From Candidatus Woesearchaeota archaeon (GTDB lineage Archaea; Nanobdellota; Nanobdellia; Woesearchaeales; GW2011-AR9), in assembly GCA_023265685.1 (NCBI GenBank), contig JAHFSP010000001.1, forward strand, positions 54,975-118,974: DNA of 64,000 nucleotides. The letters are read 5' to 3'. The notes beneath the pieces were generated by a model. It worked only from the letters and a program-made list of their open reading frames with translations. It ran no database searches and was not told the DNA's origin. The position numbers were made by a program, and so were the translations under genes. Positions 1 through 8,829 of this stretch are shown here, piece by piece (position 1 is the first letter of the stretch; every line of letters begins with the position of its first letter).

Positions 1-1082
1 GTGGCAAATTTATTGCCGAGTAATTCTAAAATGGCAAAGAGTTGTTGGAAATGAAGGCGTTGTTCTGACGCGACAACATACATCATTTCATCGAATTTAA
101 AATCAGTATAACGTTCTTGAGCAAGATACATATCTTGAGTGATATAAATACTTGTGCCATCACCGCGTAATACAACTTTGTCTGGCACATTAAATTTTTT
201 TTCAAGAGGAGCGACAATGCCGCCTTTCTCATCTTTGGTGAAAAGTCCTCGTTTGAGGCCATCGAAGGCCACGTCTTTACCTTTTTCATAAATTTGAGAT
301 TCAAAATATTCTTTTTCAAATGAGACCCCAAAGCGTTTGTAGGTTTGTGCAAAACCATCAAGTACCCACTGATTCATTTTTTTCCAGATGGCACGAACGG
401 TAGGATCTCCTTTTTCCCAAGCAACAAGCATATGTTGTGCTTGTTCATCAAGGGAGGGATCGTCTTTACATTTTTGAGCAAAGAGAACATAATAATCGCC
501 GACGTAGTGATCACTTTTTTTAGTAGGTGGTTGATCGTGTCCCCATTTCTGGTAGGCAAGCATGGATTTACAAATGTGGACACCACGATCATTGATAATG
601 TTCACAGGATGAATAGTATTGCCTTGGAATTGGAGCAGTTTGCACATAGCGCTTCCTAATGCCATGTTACGTAGATGTCCAATATGAAGTGGTTTGTTGG
701 TATTAGGACCACAGTATTCAATGACGATACCTTTGTTTTTATGACCGAGGCCGTAACTTTTATTTTGATGAAGAATCGTGGTTAACGTTTGGTGAGCGAG
801 AAGTTCGTCGTTGAGATAGAAGTTAAGGTAGCCGCCTTTGACTTGTGTTCTACTCACAGACGAAGGGAGGGTGATTTTTTCTTGTAGATTTTGGGCAGCT
901 TGCATTGGATTACCGCCTAATTTGAAACAGGGAAAAGCAAAGTCGCCCATAGTGAAGTCGGAGGGGACCATGAGCATGGTGTCGATCTGCTCTGAGGGAA
1001 GGGACGTGGCGGAGGCGATGCTGGAGATTATTTGAGTACGGAAATTTATCGTAGTGGTTGAATGAGACGTAGAGGCAGCCAT
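1..1082 (-). CDS. argS: Arginine--tRNA ligase (runs off the window edge, 3' end missing)
   Basis: Manual minus-strand translation from ATG 1082: MAASTSHS...GDFAFPCF...IEYCGPNTNKPLHIGHLRN (HIGH motif). Not in the ORF track. Confidence 0.93.
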   Translation of the reverse strand, partial: MAASTSHSTTTINFRTQIISSIASATSLPSEQIDTMLMVPSDFTMGDFAFPCFKLGGNPMQAAQNLQEKITLPSSVSRTQVKGGYLNFYLNDELLAHQTLTTILHQNKSYGLGHKNKGIVIEYCGPNTNKPLHIGHLRNMALGSAMCKLLQFQGNTIHPVNIINDRGVHICKSMLAYQKWGHDQPPTKKSDHYVGDYYVLFAQKCKDDPSLDEQAQHMLVAWEKGDPTVRAIWKKMNQWVLDGFAQTYKRFGVSFEKEYFESQIYEKGKDVAFDGLKRGLFTKDEKGGIVAPLEKKFNVPDKVVLRGDGTSIYITQDMYLAQERYTDFKFDEMMYVVASEQRLHFQQLFAILELLGNKFA

Positions 1083-1225
1083 ATTTGACAGAGTGGGGAG
1101 TTACATTCTTTATATAGATTCTGTTCGAAATTGGACAGGCGAAGGGAGATAATTCTTCAATTGTTGGAGAAATAGAAAATAACGTTACGCACTACGTGCG
1201 AGATTTCTGAGACTGTTATTTTTTG

Positions 1226-1240
1226 ATAGGCTTTGTCTAT
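1226..1240 (-). promoter_or_regulatory. Degenerate DGR-type hairpin downstream of paralog 1
   Basis: Coding strand ATAGAC-AAA-GCCTAT, 6 nt after the stop, the same spacing as the intact hairpin of paralog 2. One stem mismatch. Confidence 0.55.
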
Positions 1241-1246
1241 GGTGCT

Positions 1247-1921
1247 CTACTGAGCACGAGAAGACATGACTCGAGTAAAGGAACCGCCGCTGTCATTCCA
1301 GCCACCAATGAGGTTCGAGTCGCCATGACTCTTCACGAAGAGCGCCCTCGTTTCGCCAACGGGAAGATTGGGAACAAGATGCGTATTCATTGCTGTGTAA
1401 TTTGAACTTTGTCCTTCCCACTGGCGTTCAACGTATTGATCAAGTGTATTTCTTCCTGCAAATTGCCAGACTGGGTGGGCTTTTGCTTGAGCTTTTGTGA
1501 GGAGAGTGTTATATAACCCATCTGCCCCATTGAATTCTTGGACATTAATACCATCAGCAACGAGGGAATCGTACTCCACAATAATTAATGATGGACGTGC
1601 CCTTTCGTGTATGTGTAGTAACGCGTCAGAGATGAGGGAGATCTTGAAGAGACCGTTTGGTCCGTAGGTGATTGAGGAACAGCTGTCGTCCCATCTTGTG
1701 CCGAGGTCCCAGTTGTTGAGACGGGCGAGCATGATTTCTTCGACAGTGAGGGGACGATAGATCGCTTCACCGTCAAGAACGTGAGTAGGATGGAGAACGG
1801 ATAGTCCTGCTTGTTGGTCTTGGTAGCAAGCGGCTTGGAGAGAGTGGTAGCCTTGGGCCCAGGTTCTTGTTTGAGGCATGAGTTCGACTGATTTTCCAGT
1901 AAGATTTTCGAGAAGTGACAT
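1247..1921 (-). CDS. Putative DGR target (variable) protein, paralog 1
   Basis: Paralog of 27520-28197 and 33230-33910. Hypervariable C-terminus between RAL.V and GSF.RV. Confidence 0.8.
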   Translation of the reverse strand: MSLLENLTGKSVELMPQTRTWAQGYHSLQAACYQDQQAGLSVLHPTHVLDGEAIYRPLTVEEIMLARLNNWDLGTRWDDSCSSITYGPNGLFKISLISDALLHIHERARPSLIIVEYDSLVADGINVQEFNGADGLYNTLLTKAQAKAHPVWQFAGRNTLDQYVERQWEGQSSNYTAMNTHLVPNLPVGETRALFVKSHGDSNLIGGWNDSGGSFTRVMSSRAQ

Positions 1922-2158
1922 TTTACGAATATGTTTAGGGTGGAACTTTTTTATAAACTTTGTTGTCTTGTAGTTATTATTTATTTCTGGAATTTAGGAT
2001 ATAATCTTTGAATTATACCAGTTAAACAGTTATTGTGACAAGAAAAATGAGTAGCATAAAGGCTACGCTAAAGTTAGAGAATAACAGAATTATAAACACA
2101 GCTAGGTTCTAGAGAAACGCAATCTTTTTATAGAAGAATCTAAGAAACAGTATTTTTG

Positions 2159-3661
2159 ATGAGCCTTTTGAACATATCTATTCTGAAAACAGATATTCTT
2201 TCGATGCGCGATTTTTCTCGTGAAGAGGTCGAAGAGATTATTCACAAAGCATTAGAATTAAAACGAACTAAAAAAACAAACACGCAAGACCTGAATTCTC
2301 TTAGTCATAATAAAATTCTTGCGTCATTATTTTTTGAGAATTCTACTCGTACACGAGAGAGTCATGAACTTGCGGCTACAAAGTTAGGTATGAACATTAT
2401 AGGGTTTGCGGGAACAGAAGGAACTTCTGTTAAGAAAGGCGAACCTTTGGCAGATACTGCACGTATGTATGCTGGTTTCGAGGCAGATGTGGTGGTCATG
2501 CGACATAATCTTGATGGGGCAGCACGCTTTGTTGCAGATGTGGTGAATGTTCCGGTGATTAACGCAGGTGATGGTGCGAATGCTCATCCAACTCAGACGC
2601 TGCTTGATCTGATGACGATTTTTGAGAAATTTGGGACGATTGATAATTTGAAAATTGCGATGGTGGGGGATCTCAAATATGGCCGCACAGTGCACTCTTT
2701 GTTGCAGGGATTGGCATTGTTTCGCAACGTAGAAATATGGGCTGTCGCACCCCCTGGTTTAGAAATGCCGGCTCATTGTATTGCTGAGTTTGAAGAGCGT
2801 ACTGGTACCAAAATTTTCTATACTCCTCATCTTCAAGAGGTATTGGATAAAGCCCAAGTGTTGTATATGACCAGAATTCAACGCGAACGTTTTCCAACTA
2901 GCGTAGAAGGAGAACATGAATTTAAGAAGGTGAGTGGGATGTATGAATTAACTTCTCAGGTACTCACACGAGCAAATCCTTCATTGTGTGTGATGCATCC
3001 ATTGCCACGCGTTAAACATAAACTTGAGATTAGTCTTGATGTTGATGCATCACCACGTGCATTATATTTTGAACAGGCTCGTAATGGAGTATTTATTCGA
3101 CAAATTTTGATTTCACACCTACTTGGAGTGCAGAAGACTAAAATTGAAAATAAAGAAGAAAATGGATTATGGCGGGAGCGATTTGTGAATGGACAAGATA
3201 AAAAAGAGAGTTATTTGTATCGGCTCGATAACGGCACGTTGATTGATCATCTTGAACCGGGAAAAGGCCCTCTCGTCCACTCTTTATTAGGATTAGAAAG
3301 ACTTCAAACTACAGTTGTTCAAGCTCTTAACATTGCAAGTACAAAATATGGGCGCAAAGATGTGTTAGCAATTCATAATATGCGCCTCACGCCACGTCAA
3401 TTATGGAAAATCGCTTTGGTAAGTGAACGTGCCTCAGTAAATTTTATTGAAGACAAACGAGTGGTTCAGAAGGGAACAGTGATATTGCCACGCGTACTTG
3501 AAAGACTGTTACTGTGCCAAAATGTAAATTGTGTGACTCGACCAGAACATTTTGAACATGCGCCAAGTAAATTTATTGTAGAACAAGATAAACCACTACG
3601 TTTGCGATGTTATTATTGTGAGCGGACATGTGGCCAGGAAGACGTGGAGTTGTTAAAGTAA
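2159..3661 (+). CDS. pyrBI: Aspartate carbamoyltransferase, fused catalytic and regulatory subunits
   Basis: FFENSTRT, HPTQ and HPLP (PyrB), followed in frame by GTLIDH...CQNVNC...CYYC (PyrI Zn domain). Confidence 0.93.
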   Translation: MSLLNISILKTDILSMRDFSREEVEEIIHKALELKRTKKTNTQDLNSLSHNKILASLFFENSTRTRESHELAATKLGMNIIGFAGTEGTSVKKGEPLADTARMYAGFEADVVVMRHNLDGAARFVADVVNVPVINAGDGANAHPTQTLLDLMTIFEKFGTIDNLKIAMVGDLKYGRTVHSLLQGLALFRNVEIWAVAPPGLEMPAHCIAEFEERTGTKIFYTPHLQEVLDKAQVLYMTRIQRERFPTSVEGEHEFKKVSGMYELTSQVLTRANPSLCVMHPLPRVKHKLEISLDVDASPRALYFEQARNGVFIRQILISHLLGVQKTKIENKEENGLWRERFVNGQDKKESYLYRLDNGTLIDHLEPGKGPLVHSLLGLERLQTTVVQALNIASTKYGRKDVLAIHNMRLTPRQLWKIALVSERASVNFIEDKRVVQKGTVILPRVLERLLLCQNVNCVTRPEHFEHAPSKFIVEQDKPLRLRCYYCERTCGQEDVELLK

Positions 3662-3735
3662 AATAATTGAATTTGAAAGAAAGATATTATTCAATTATTG
3701 AGGAAATTTTATTTTAAATGAAGATTCTGGGGTTT

Positions 3736-4443
3736 CTATAGTCTTATTTTTGGTGTTGTTTTACTTACTATTGCTGAACTATATTGTCCCCCACAGAATT
3801 CTATGAGGAGATCTTCAATTTGACGAAGAAGAACACGTAGTTGTGGTGTTGTAACAGGAGCAAGAACCGGAATCTGGATAAGAATGGAAGTGGAATGGGC
3901 ATTAGGAAGAGTTTTTTTATTTTTCCAGAAATCAAGATGAGTTCCAAGAATATTTTTTTGATCACGATGATAGAGCGTTCCTTTGGCAAGAGTGAGAAGA
4001 AGACGAACTCGTTCTGTTCCGTTAGCAAGATCGTAGGTAATAGGTCCATGGATTTTTGATAGGTCATCTACGCTCATTGGAATGAGAGATTGAAGGCTTT
4101 GATATCGAACCAATTCGGTTGCGGTATCATTAGCACAAATGGAATGATGTTGCAAAACATGAGCAATGAGATTTTCAACTGCGGTTTGGTAATGGTGAGC
4201 ACGGGAACCAAATTCTTGCTGTGCAATAACCCAAGGGGCAATAAGGTCATGCGTTTTGATATTGTCGTTATGAAACGTGCGTTTAATGTAAAGACTTATT
4301 TCTCCAAGTAAATGGTGAGCTTGTTGAAGGTGTTCACGGTTATTAATCATCGTTGCTTTAAGAATAGCGATACGTAGAGTGGGATAGCGCTTGAAGACAT
4401 CAGGTTGAACGCGGATGTCTATTTGTTTTATTTTTGATACCAT
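3736..4443 (-). CDS. B3/B4 (PheRS-beta editing-like) domain protein
   Basis: Size and pattern (TAVENLI, IPMSVDDLSKIHG, YHRDQKNILG) resemble standalone B3/4 proteins. Confidence 0.6.
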   Translation of the reverse strand: MVSKIKQIDIRVQPDVFKRYPTLRIAILKATMINNREHLQQAHHLLGEISLYIKRTFHNDNIKTHDLIAPWVIAQQEFGSRAHHYQTAVENLIAHVLQHHSICANDTATELVRYQSLQSLIPMSVDDLSKIHGPITYDLANGTERVRLLLTLAKGTLYHRDQKNILGTHLDFWKNKKTLPNAHSTSILIQIPVLAPVTTPQLRVLLRQIEDLLIEFCGGQYSSAIVSKTTPKIRL

Positions 4444-4452
4444 GGTTAGATT

Positions 4453-4803
4453 CTATTTTTTGTTGTATTTAGTAGTCTTCAAATTAGATTGTTTAGATAT
4501 TCTCCCAATCTGTTGTTGATAACGGTAATTACGTACACGTTGAACGAAACGACGAAACAATCCCATGCGTTGCTGTGATGAAGGTACACCAAAATGGCTA
4601 TTAAGATGTTCAAGGTTGTATCGGATATCTTCCAGAACGCGGGTGCGTTTATGATCAAAGTAGATTCGACTTAGAGTGAGAATAACATAAAGACCAAAAA
4701 TTCCCCCCACTAACACACTAATTTTACCAATGAGTGGACCAGTAATAGAGCTAAGAGGAATATTGGTTACTGAATTGAGAATTTCAGATTCGTTACCGAT
4801 CAT
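4453..4803 (-). CDS. Hypothetical single-TM membrane protein
   Basis: 116-aa ORF with one hydrophobic segment. Confidence 0.65.
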   Translation of the reverse strand: MIGNESEILNSVTNIPLSSITGPLIGKISVLVGGIFGLYVILTLSRIYFDHKRTRVLEDIRYNLEHLNSHFGVPSSQQRMGLFRRFVQRVRNYRYQQQIGRISKQSNLKTTKYNKK

Positions 4804-4917
4804 AACTCATAGAGGTGAAAAAGACTATTTATATATTTCGTCATGGGTGTTGGAATAGTTATTACGCGGGTTTATATAGTCAAAAATATTGACTGTAGAA
4901 AGAAAAGAGAAAGTAAG

Positions 4918-6141
4918 ATGGTATCAGCATTACTCACGATTATTATTGCATTAACATTATCCTACATATTAGGCGAAATATCAAAAAAGATAGGATTACC
5001 GCGCATCGTAGGTAGTTTAGTTACAGGAATTCTTCTTACAATAGGGTATGTTAAACAAGTAGTACTCATTCCGGAAAATCAGGATTTCCTCTCATTACTT
5101 GCAGACTTAGGTGTTATTTTGCTCTTTTATTATATCGGTTTAGAGGCTAAATTTGAAGCCTTTGGCAAGAACGTTAAACGTTCTGTGATGATTTCGTTGT
5201 TTAACAGTCTTATTCCGTTTGCCATGGGATTCTTTGTCTGCCATTATCTGTTTGGATTCGATTTGGTTACAACGTTAGTTGTGAGTGTTGCTCTCTCAGT
5301 AAGTTCTCAAGCAGTGGCAATTGATATTTTGGATGAACTTAATTTCTTAAAATCAAAAATTGCCAATATGATCTTGTTTACGGTTGCCGTTGATGATATT
5401 ATTGAGATGGTCTTGATCACAGGGATGCTTTCTTTTTTGCACATTGCGATTACCAAAATGACATTATCAAGGTTGTGTATAGAGGTACTTATTTTTGTAG
5501 GGATCATGTTACTAATCCGATTTTGGATTTTACCGTGGGTACTAAAATTTTTCGAGAAAGAAAAATCAAGCACTGGTCGGTTTACGATCTCATTAATTGT
5601 TGTGTTAATCATTGCAAGTCTTGCAGAATATTTCTCAGTAGGGTATTTAATCGGCGCACTGATTGCAGGAATTATCACCAAACAAACTATCTATAAAGAT
5701 CCGAAAATTGCAAACTGGAAAGAACATGACGTGGCGCGGTCGATTCACATCATCGCGTTTGGATTCTTAATCCCTCTTTTCTTTGTCTGGGTGGGGAGCA
5801 ATATCGATCTAAGCATGGTGGGAGAGCATGTTGGATTTATTTTGATATTTACTCTAATTGCGACCGTAGGAACGGTTTTGGGAACAGCTTTAGCGGTGTA
5901 TCTTACCTCGGGAACATTTCATGAAGGATTAATTTTAGGATGGGGATTAAACGCCAAAGGAGATCTAGAGTTAGTTATTGCAAGCCTTTCTCTGAAAGCA
6001 TCATTAATTGAGCCATATATTTTTAGCGGAATTGTCATGATGTCATTATTAACAACCATTATTTCTCCGATTGTTTTTGCTCACATGATTAAGAGGAAGA
6101 TGGGTGTGGAACCAAAAGTTGTTGTAAAGAGGAAAGCGTAG
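4918..6141 (+). CDS. Cation:proton antiporter (CPA2/NapA-like)
   Basis: About 12 TM segments; LGVILLFYYIGLE, AVDD, LIPLFFVWVG and KGDLELV motifs. Start moved to MVSALL. Confidence 0.88.
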   Translation: MVSALLTIIIALTLSYILGEISKKIGLPRIVGSLVTGILLTIGYVKQVVLIPENQDFLSLLADLGVILLFYYIGLEAKFEAFGKNVKRSVMISLFNSLIPFAMGFFVCHYLFGFDLVTTLVVSVALSVSSQAVAIDILDELNFLKSKIANMILFTVAVDDIIEMVLITGMLSFLHIAITKMTLSRLCIEVLIFVGIMLLIRFWILPWVLKFFEKEKSSTGRFTISLIVVLIIASLAEYFSVGYLIGALIAGIITKQTIYKDPKIANWKEHDVARSIHIIAFGFLIPLFFVWVGSNIDLSMVGEHVGFILIFTLIATVGTVLGTALAVYLTSGTFHEGLILGWGLNAKGDLELVIASLSLKASLIEPYIFSGIVMMSLLTTIISPIVFAHMIKRKMGVEPKVVVKRKA

Positions 6142-6318
6142 ATTTTAGAGAGACTTATTTTGGATAGCAACTACATTTTCTACTGAACCTTATGCATGTA
6201 CATTTCCTTGAGGAGTGTGGTTGGAAAGAGTTTAGCAAGTTGGTGATTCTGCCATTAAATAAATTTTTTAATACATTCAGAGCAGATGGAACATTCTTAA
6301 ATATTGAGAAAGAAAAAG

Positions 6319-6494
6319 TAGCCCCGCGCGGACAGTCGAGCTTCGCTCTCGTTGGTTTCGTGAGCGAAACTATTCGAACCGCGGTCAAAGCCTCTCCTCA
6401 CTCTCTGTTCGGGATTTTCCTTACAGAAAGCTCCAAAGGGCTCTATGCTAGTCCACTACACTCCGCGAAGCTTTCAGGGCTTCTCCACGGGGCT
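6319..6494 (-). tRNA. tRNA-Gln(UUG) with three BHB-type introns (10/11: 6461-6484; 37/38: 6394-6432; 59/60: 6333-6372)
   Basis: Removing the 24, 39 and 40 nt introns gives a 73-nt cloverleaf: AGCCCCG/CGGGGCT acceptor stem, GAGCC-CT TTG GA-GGCTT anticodon arm, CGCGG-TTCGAAT-CCGCG T arm. Confidence 0.92.
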
Positions 6495-6608
6495 GTGAAC
6501 TTGCACACAGCAGGGCTAATTTTCTTTTTCTAGAGCTTGTTTATAAATATTTTGGACGCGCAGGGTTCATCTAGGAAATTAATGAGGGGCTAATTTTTTC
6601 TTACAAAA

Positions 6609-7205
6609 CTATTCGCACTTTTCTTCATAACTTGCAAGAGAAACGGTGAATTTTACTCGCTTCACAGTAGGATGGGTAATGATACTACTAGTTTCACCTT
6701 GTATTAGAGTAATAAGCGTTTCTTCGAGAATTTTACCTGCGTTTTTCTTGAGCAAAAGTAAAGGTACTCGCGGTTTAACTCCTTGACAATATCCGCCAAA
6801 CGTGTTGAGTTTCCATTCTAAAGCACCAGCAGCAGTATATGTCCCTTGACCTGGAGTAAGAGAATAGGTTTCATCATCACTGGTATGAAACGTTGTTTTG
6901 GTAAGGCGACATAGTTTAGCACAATTTGTTACATTGTTGACATCAGAAAGATGACGACACGACCCATCAATACATAATTTACTATCTTGACATTCACTAT
7001 TACGTTGACAAGCTACTAGGACAGGAGGTGCTATTTCAACTGCTTGGATAGTAGGGATAGGCGGGGTTACATTTTCTACTTGAATAGAGGGAGAAGTATC
7101 TGTAGTGGCTGAGGGCGCAGAGGACGAACGAGGTTTCGTGCAGGAGATAAGAAAGATACTTAGGGCAATGATAATAATAAGAGGTAGGTACTGTTTTGGT
7201 TTCAT
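6609..7205 (-). CDS. Hypothetical Cys-rich lipoprotein
   Basis: Signal peptide ending LSIFLISC, Ser/Thr/Pro linker, paired cysteines. Confidence 0.7.
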   Translation of the reverse strand: MKPKQYLPLIIIIALSIFLISCTKPRSSSAPSATTDTSPSIQVENVTPPIPTIQAVEIAPPVLVACQRNSECQDSKLCIDGSCRHLSDVNNVTNCAKLCRLTKTTFHTSDDETYSLTPGQGTYTAAGALEWKLNTFGGYCQGVKPRVPLLLLKKNAGKILEETLITLIQGETSSIITHPTVKRVKFTVSLASYEEKCE

Positions 7206-7279
7206 ATGGGGAAATGAATAGACAATACTTTTCTTTCTTTGTAATAACTCTTATGTAGTAAAAATGAAAATTTTATAAA

Positions 7280-8764
7280 GTGCCCCATTATAAAAACGCC
7301 ATGGTAGTGGATCTTGCATCATTGGTTGTTCCTGGAACTGTGTATCAAGTGGCACTTTCGTATGATACTAATTTACAATTAAGCATTAGAGGAGGCCCTC
7401 AGCTTCTCCAAACCACTTTTTTTGAACCAACCTTAATACAAGGTTATTTGGCAGCGGAATTGGTCTCAAAGGCAATCGCAAAAGAAGCAGGCAAACCTAC
7501 TGCACCCGTAAATATTGAAACATTGAATAATTATGTTCGTATTGTTGGAGAATGGTATCAAAGTTGCGTTATAGATAAAAAATTTTTTAGAACCATTAAT
7601 CAAGGTCAATATGGTATCTATTTTCCGCAAGGAATTGAGATTTCACAAGAAATTGAAGATATTTTAGAACAAACAGCTTTGGATGCTGTTAATTCCATTC
7701 TTACATTAACTGCTCAATATCAAGTCCCTTTTTCTTCTGAAGAGATATTGTGTTTTCTTGGTGAGAACACGACTGAGGGACCGAGATTGTTGTTGGCAGG
7801 ATCACTCATTTGGGGAAGCAAGCCCTCTTTTGACGCGTTGCGATATGTTAGTGAACATACTGATGTTAAAACAATTCTAAGTGTTGCTAGTAATAGATAT
7901 GGGAACACGCTTGCCGAGCGTCTAAAAAATCAGGAATATGTAGCAGGTGTTGAGTCGAGTCTTAGTGAATTATTACAAGTAGCCGGAAATTTGGAAATTA
8001 TTACTCCAGAAGAAACTAAGACTACACTTGTGGTACGTTCTATAAATTTATTTATTAAAAGCAAAGTAAAACAAACTCTTCCTGAGGGTGCGATTGAACT
8101 ATTGGAGAAGATTTTCTTATCTACAGAACGGAACACCACAAATTTGAACCTGAAACAGTATTGCGCTCTTTTGAGAACGAATCTTACTGCGGGATTAATG
8201 TATTATTGTTTAATGAATCATGGAGATCCGGACCATAGTACGCAACATCGTCCATATTCTCTACGGCAACTCCAATTCGAGCTAGGTATGAAACATAGCG
8301 AAGTTTCAAGATTGAGTTTAGAGAGAAAACAATTACCTCTTCTCCCTATACCTCTTTCTTCGTCCCCCATTGTACCTCAAGTAGCCCCTCCTGTTGTGTC
8401 AGCACTTACGAAAGAAGTTGTGAGTCCACCAAATATGCCTCCTGAAACAAATACAACGCCTAAATGGGGCGTAGTTCGCTCACGTCGAGAATCAGTTGCG
8501 CCTCCTGAGTTGGCACCTCCAACAATATCATTTTTTGAATCAGAACGAGATGATGCGTTAAGAGGATTACTTCAGGGTTTTTTAGAAGAGGATTTAGGTG
8601 ATAATTTACCAAGAGATGGAACCGGAAATGATGGAACGGGAAATAATTCACCAAAAAATCTAGCAGAGACTCTAATACAGGGAAGATTAGAACCTAAAGC
8701 TAAACCAATATCTTCGCCACCAATTCCCGGTTTGGCAATATTCAAAAGAAAAAAAGATAAGTAA
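7280..8764 (+). CDS. Hypothetical protein with Pro-rich disordered C-terminus
   Basis: 494-aa ORF; no family recognised. Confidence 0.7.
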   Translation: MPHYKNAMVVDLASLVVPGTVYQVALSYDTNLQLSIRGGPQLLQTTFFEPTLIQGYLAAELVSKAIAKEAGKPTAPVNIETLNNYVRIVGEWYQSCVIDKKFFRTINQGQYGIYFPQGIEISQEIEDILEQTALDAVNSILTLTAQYQVPFSSEEILCFLGENTTEGPRLLLAGSLIWGSKPSFDALRYVSEHTDVKTILSVASNRYGNTLAERLKNQEYVAGVESSLSELLQVAGNLEIITPEETKTTLVVRSINLFIKSKVKQTLPEGAIELLEKIFLSTERNTTNLNLKQYCALLRTNLTAGLMYYCLMNHGDPDHSTQHRPYSLRQLQFELGMKHSEVSRLSLERKQLPLLPIPLSSSPIVPQVAPPVVSALTKEVVSPPNMPPETNTTPKWGVVRSRRESVAPPELAPPTISFFESERDDALRGLLQGFLEEDLGDNLPRDGTGNDGTGNNSPKNLAETLIQGRLEPKAKPISSPPIPGLAIFKRKKDK

Positions 8765-8829
8765 GTCGAGATAAGGTCAAGATAGAAATCAGCTAAATAT
8801 TTATAAAAGAGAATTCAGCTCTTCTCTAA

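Noticed and set aside
83-1035. Short ORFs listed at the window start
   Set aside because: They are shadows of the partial argS on the minus strand.
6155-6533. ORFs 6192-6533 (+) and 6155-6388 (-)
   Set aside because: They overlap the three-intron tRNA-Gln and have no protein motifs.
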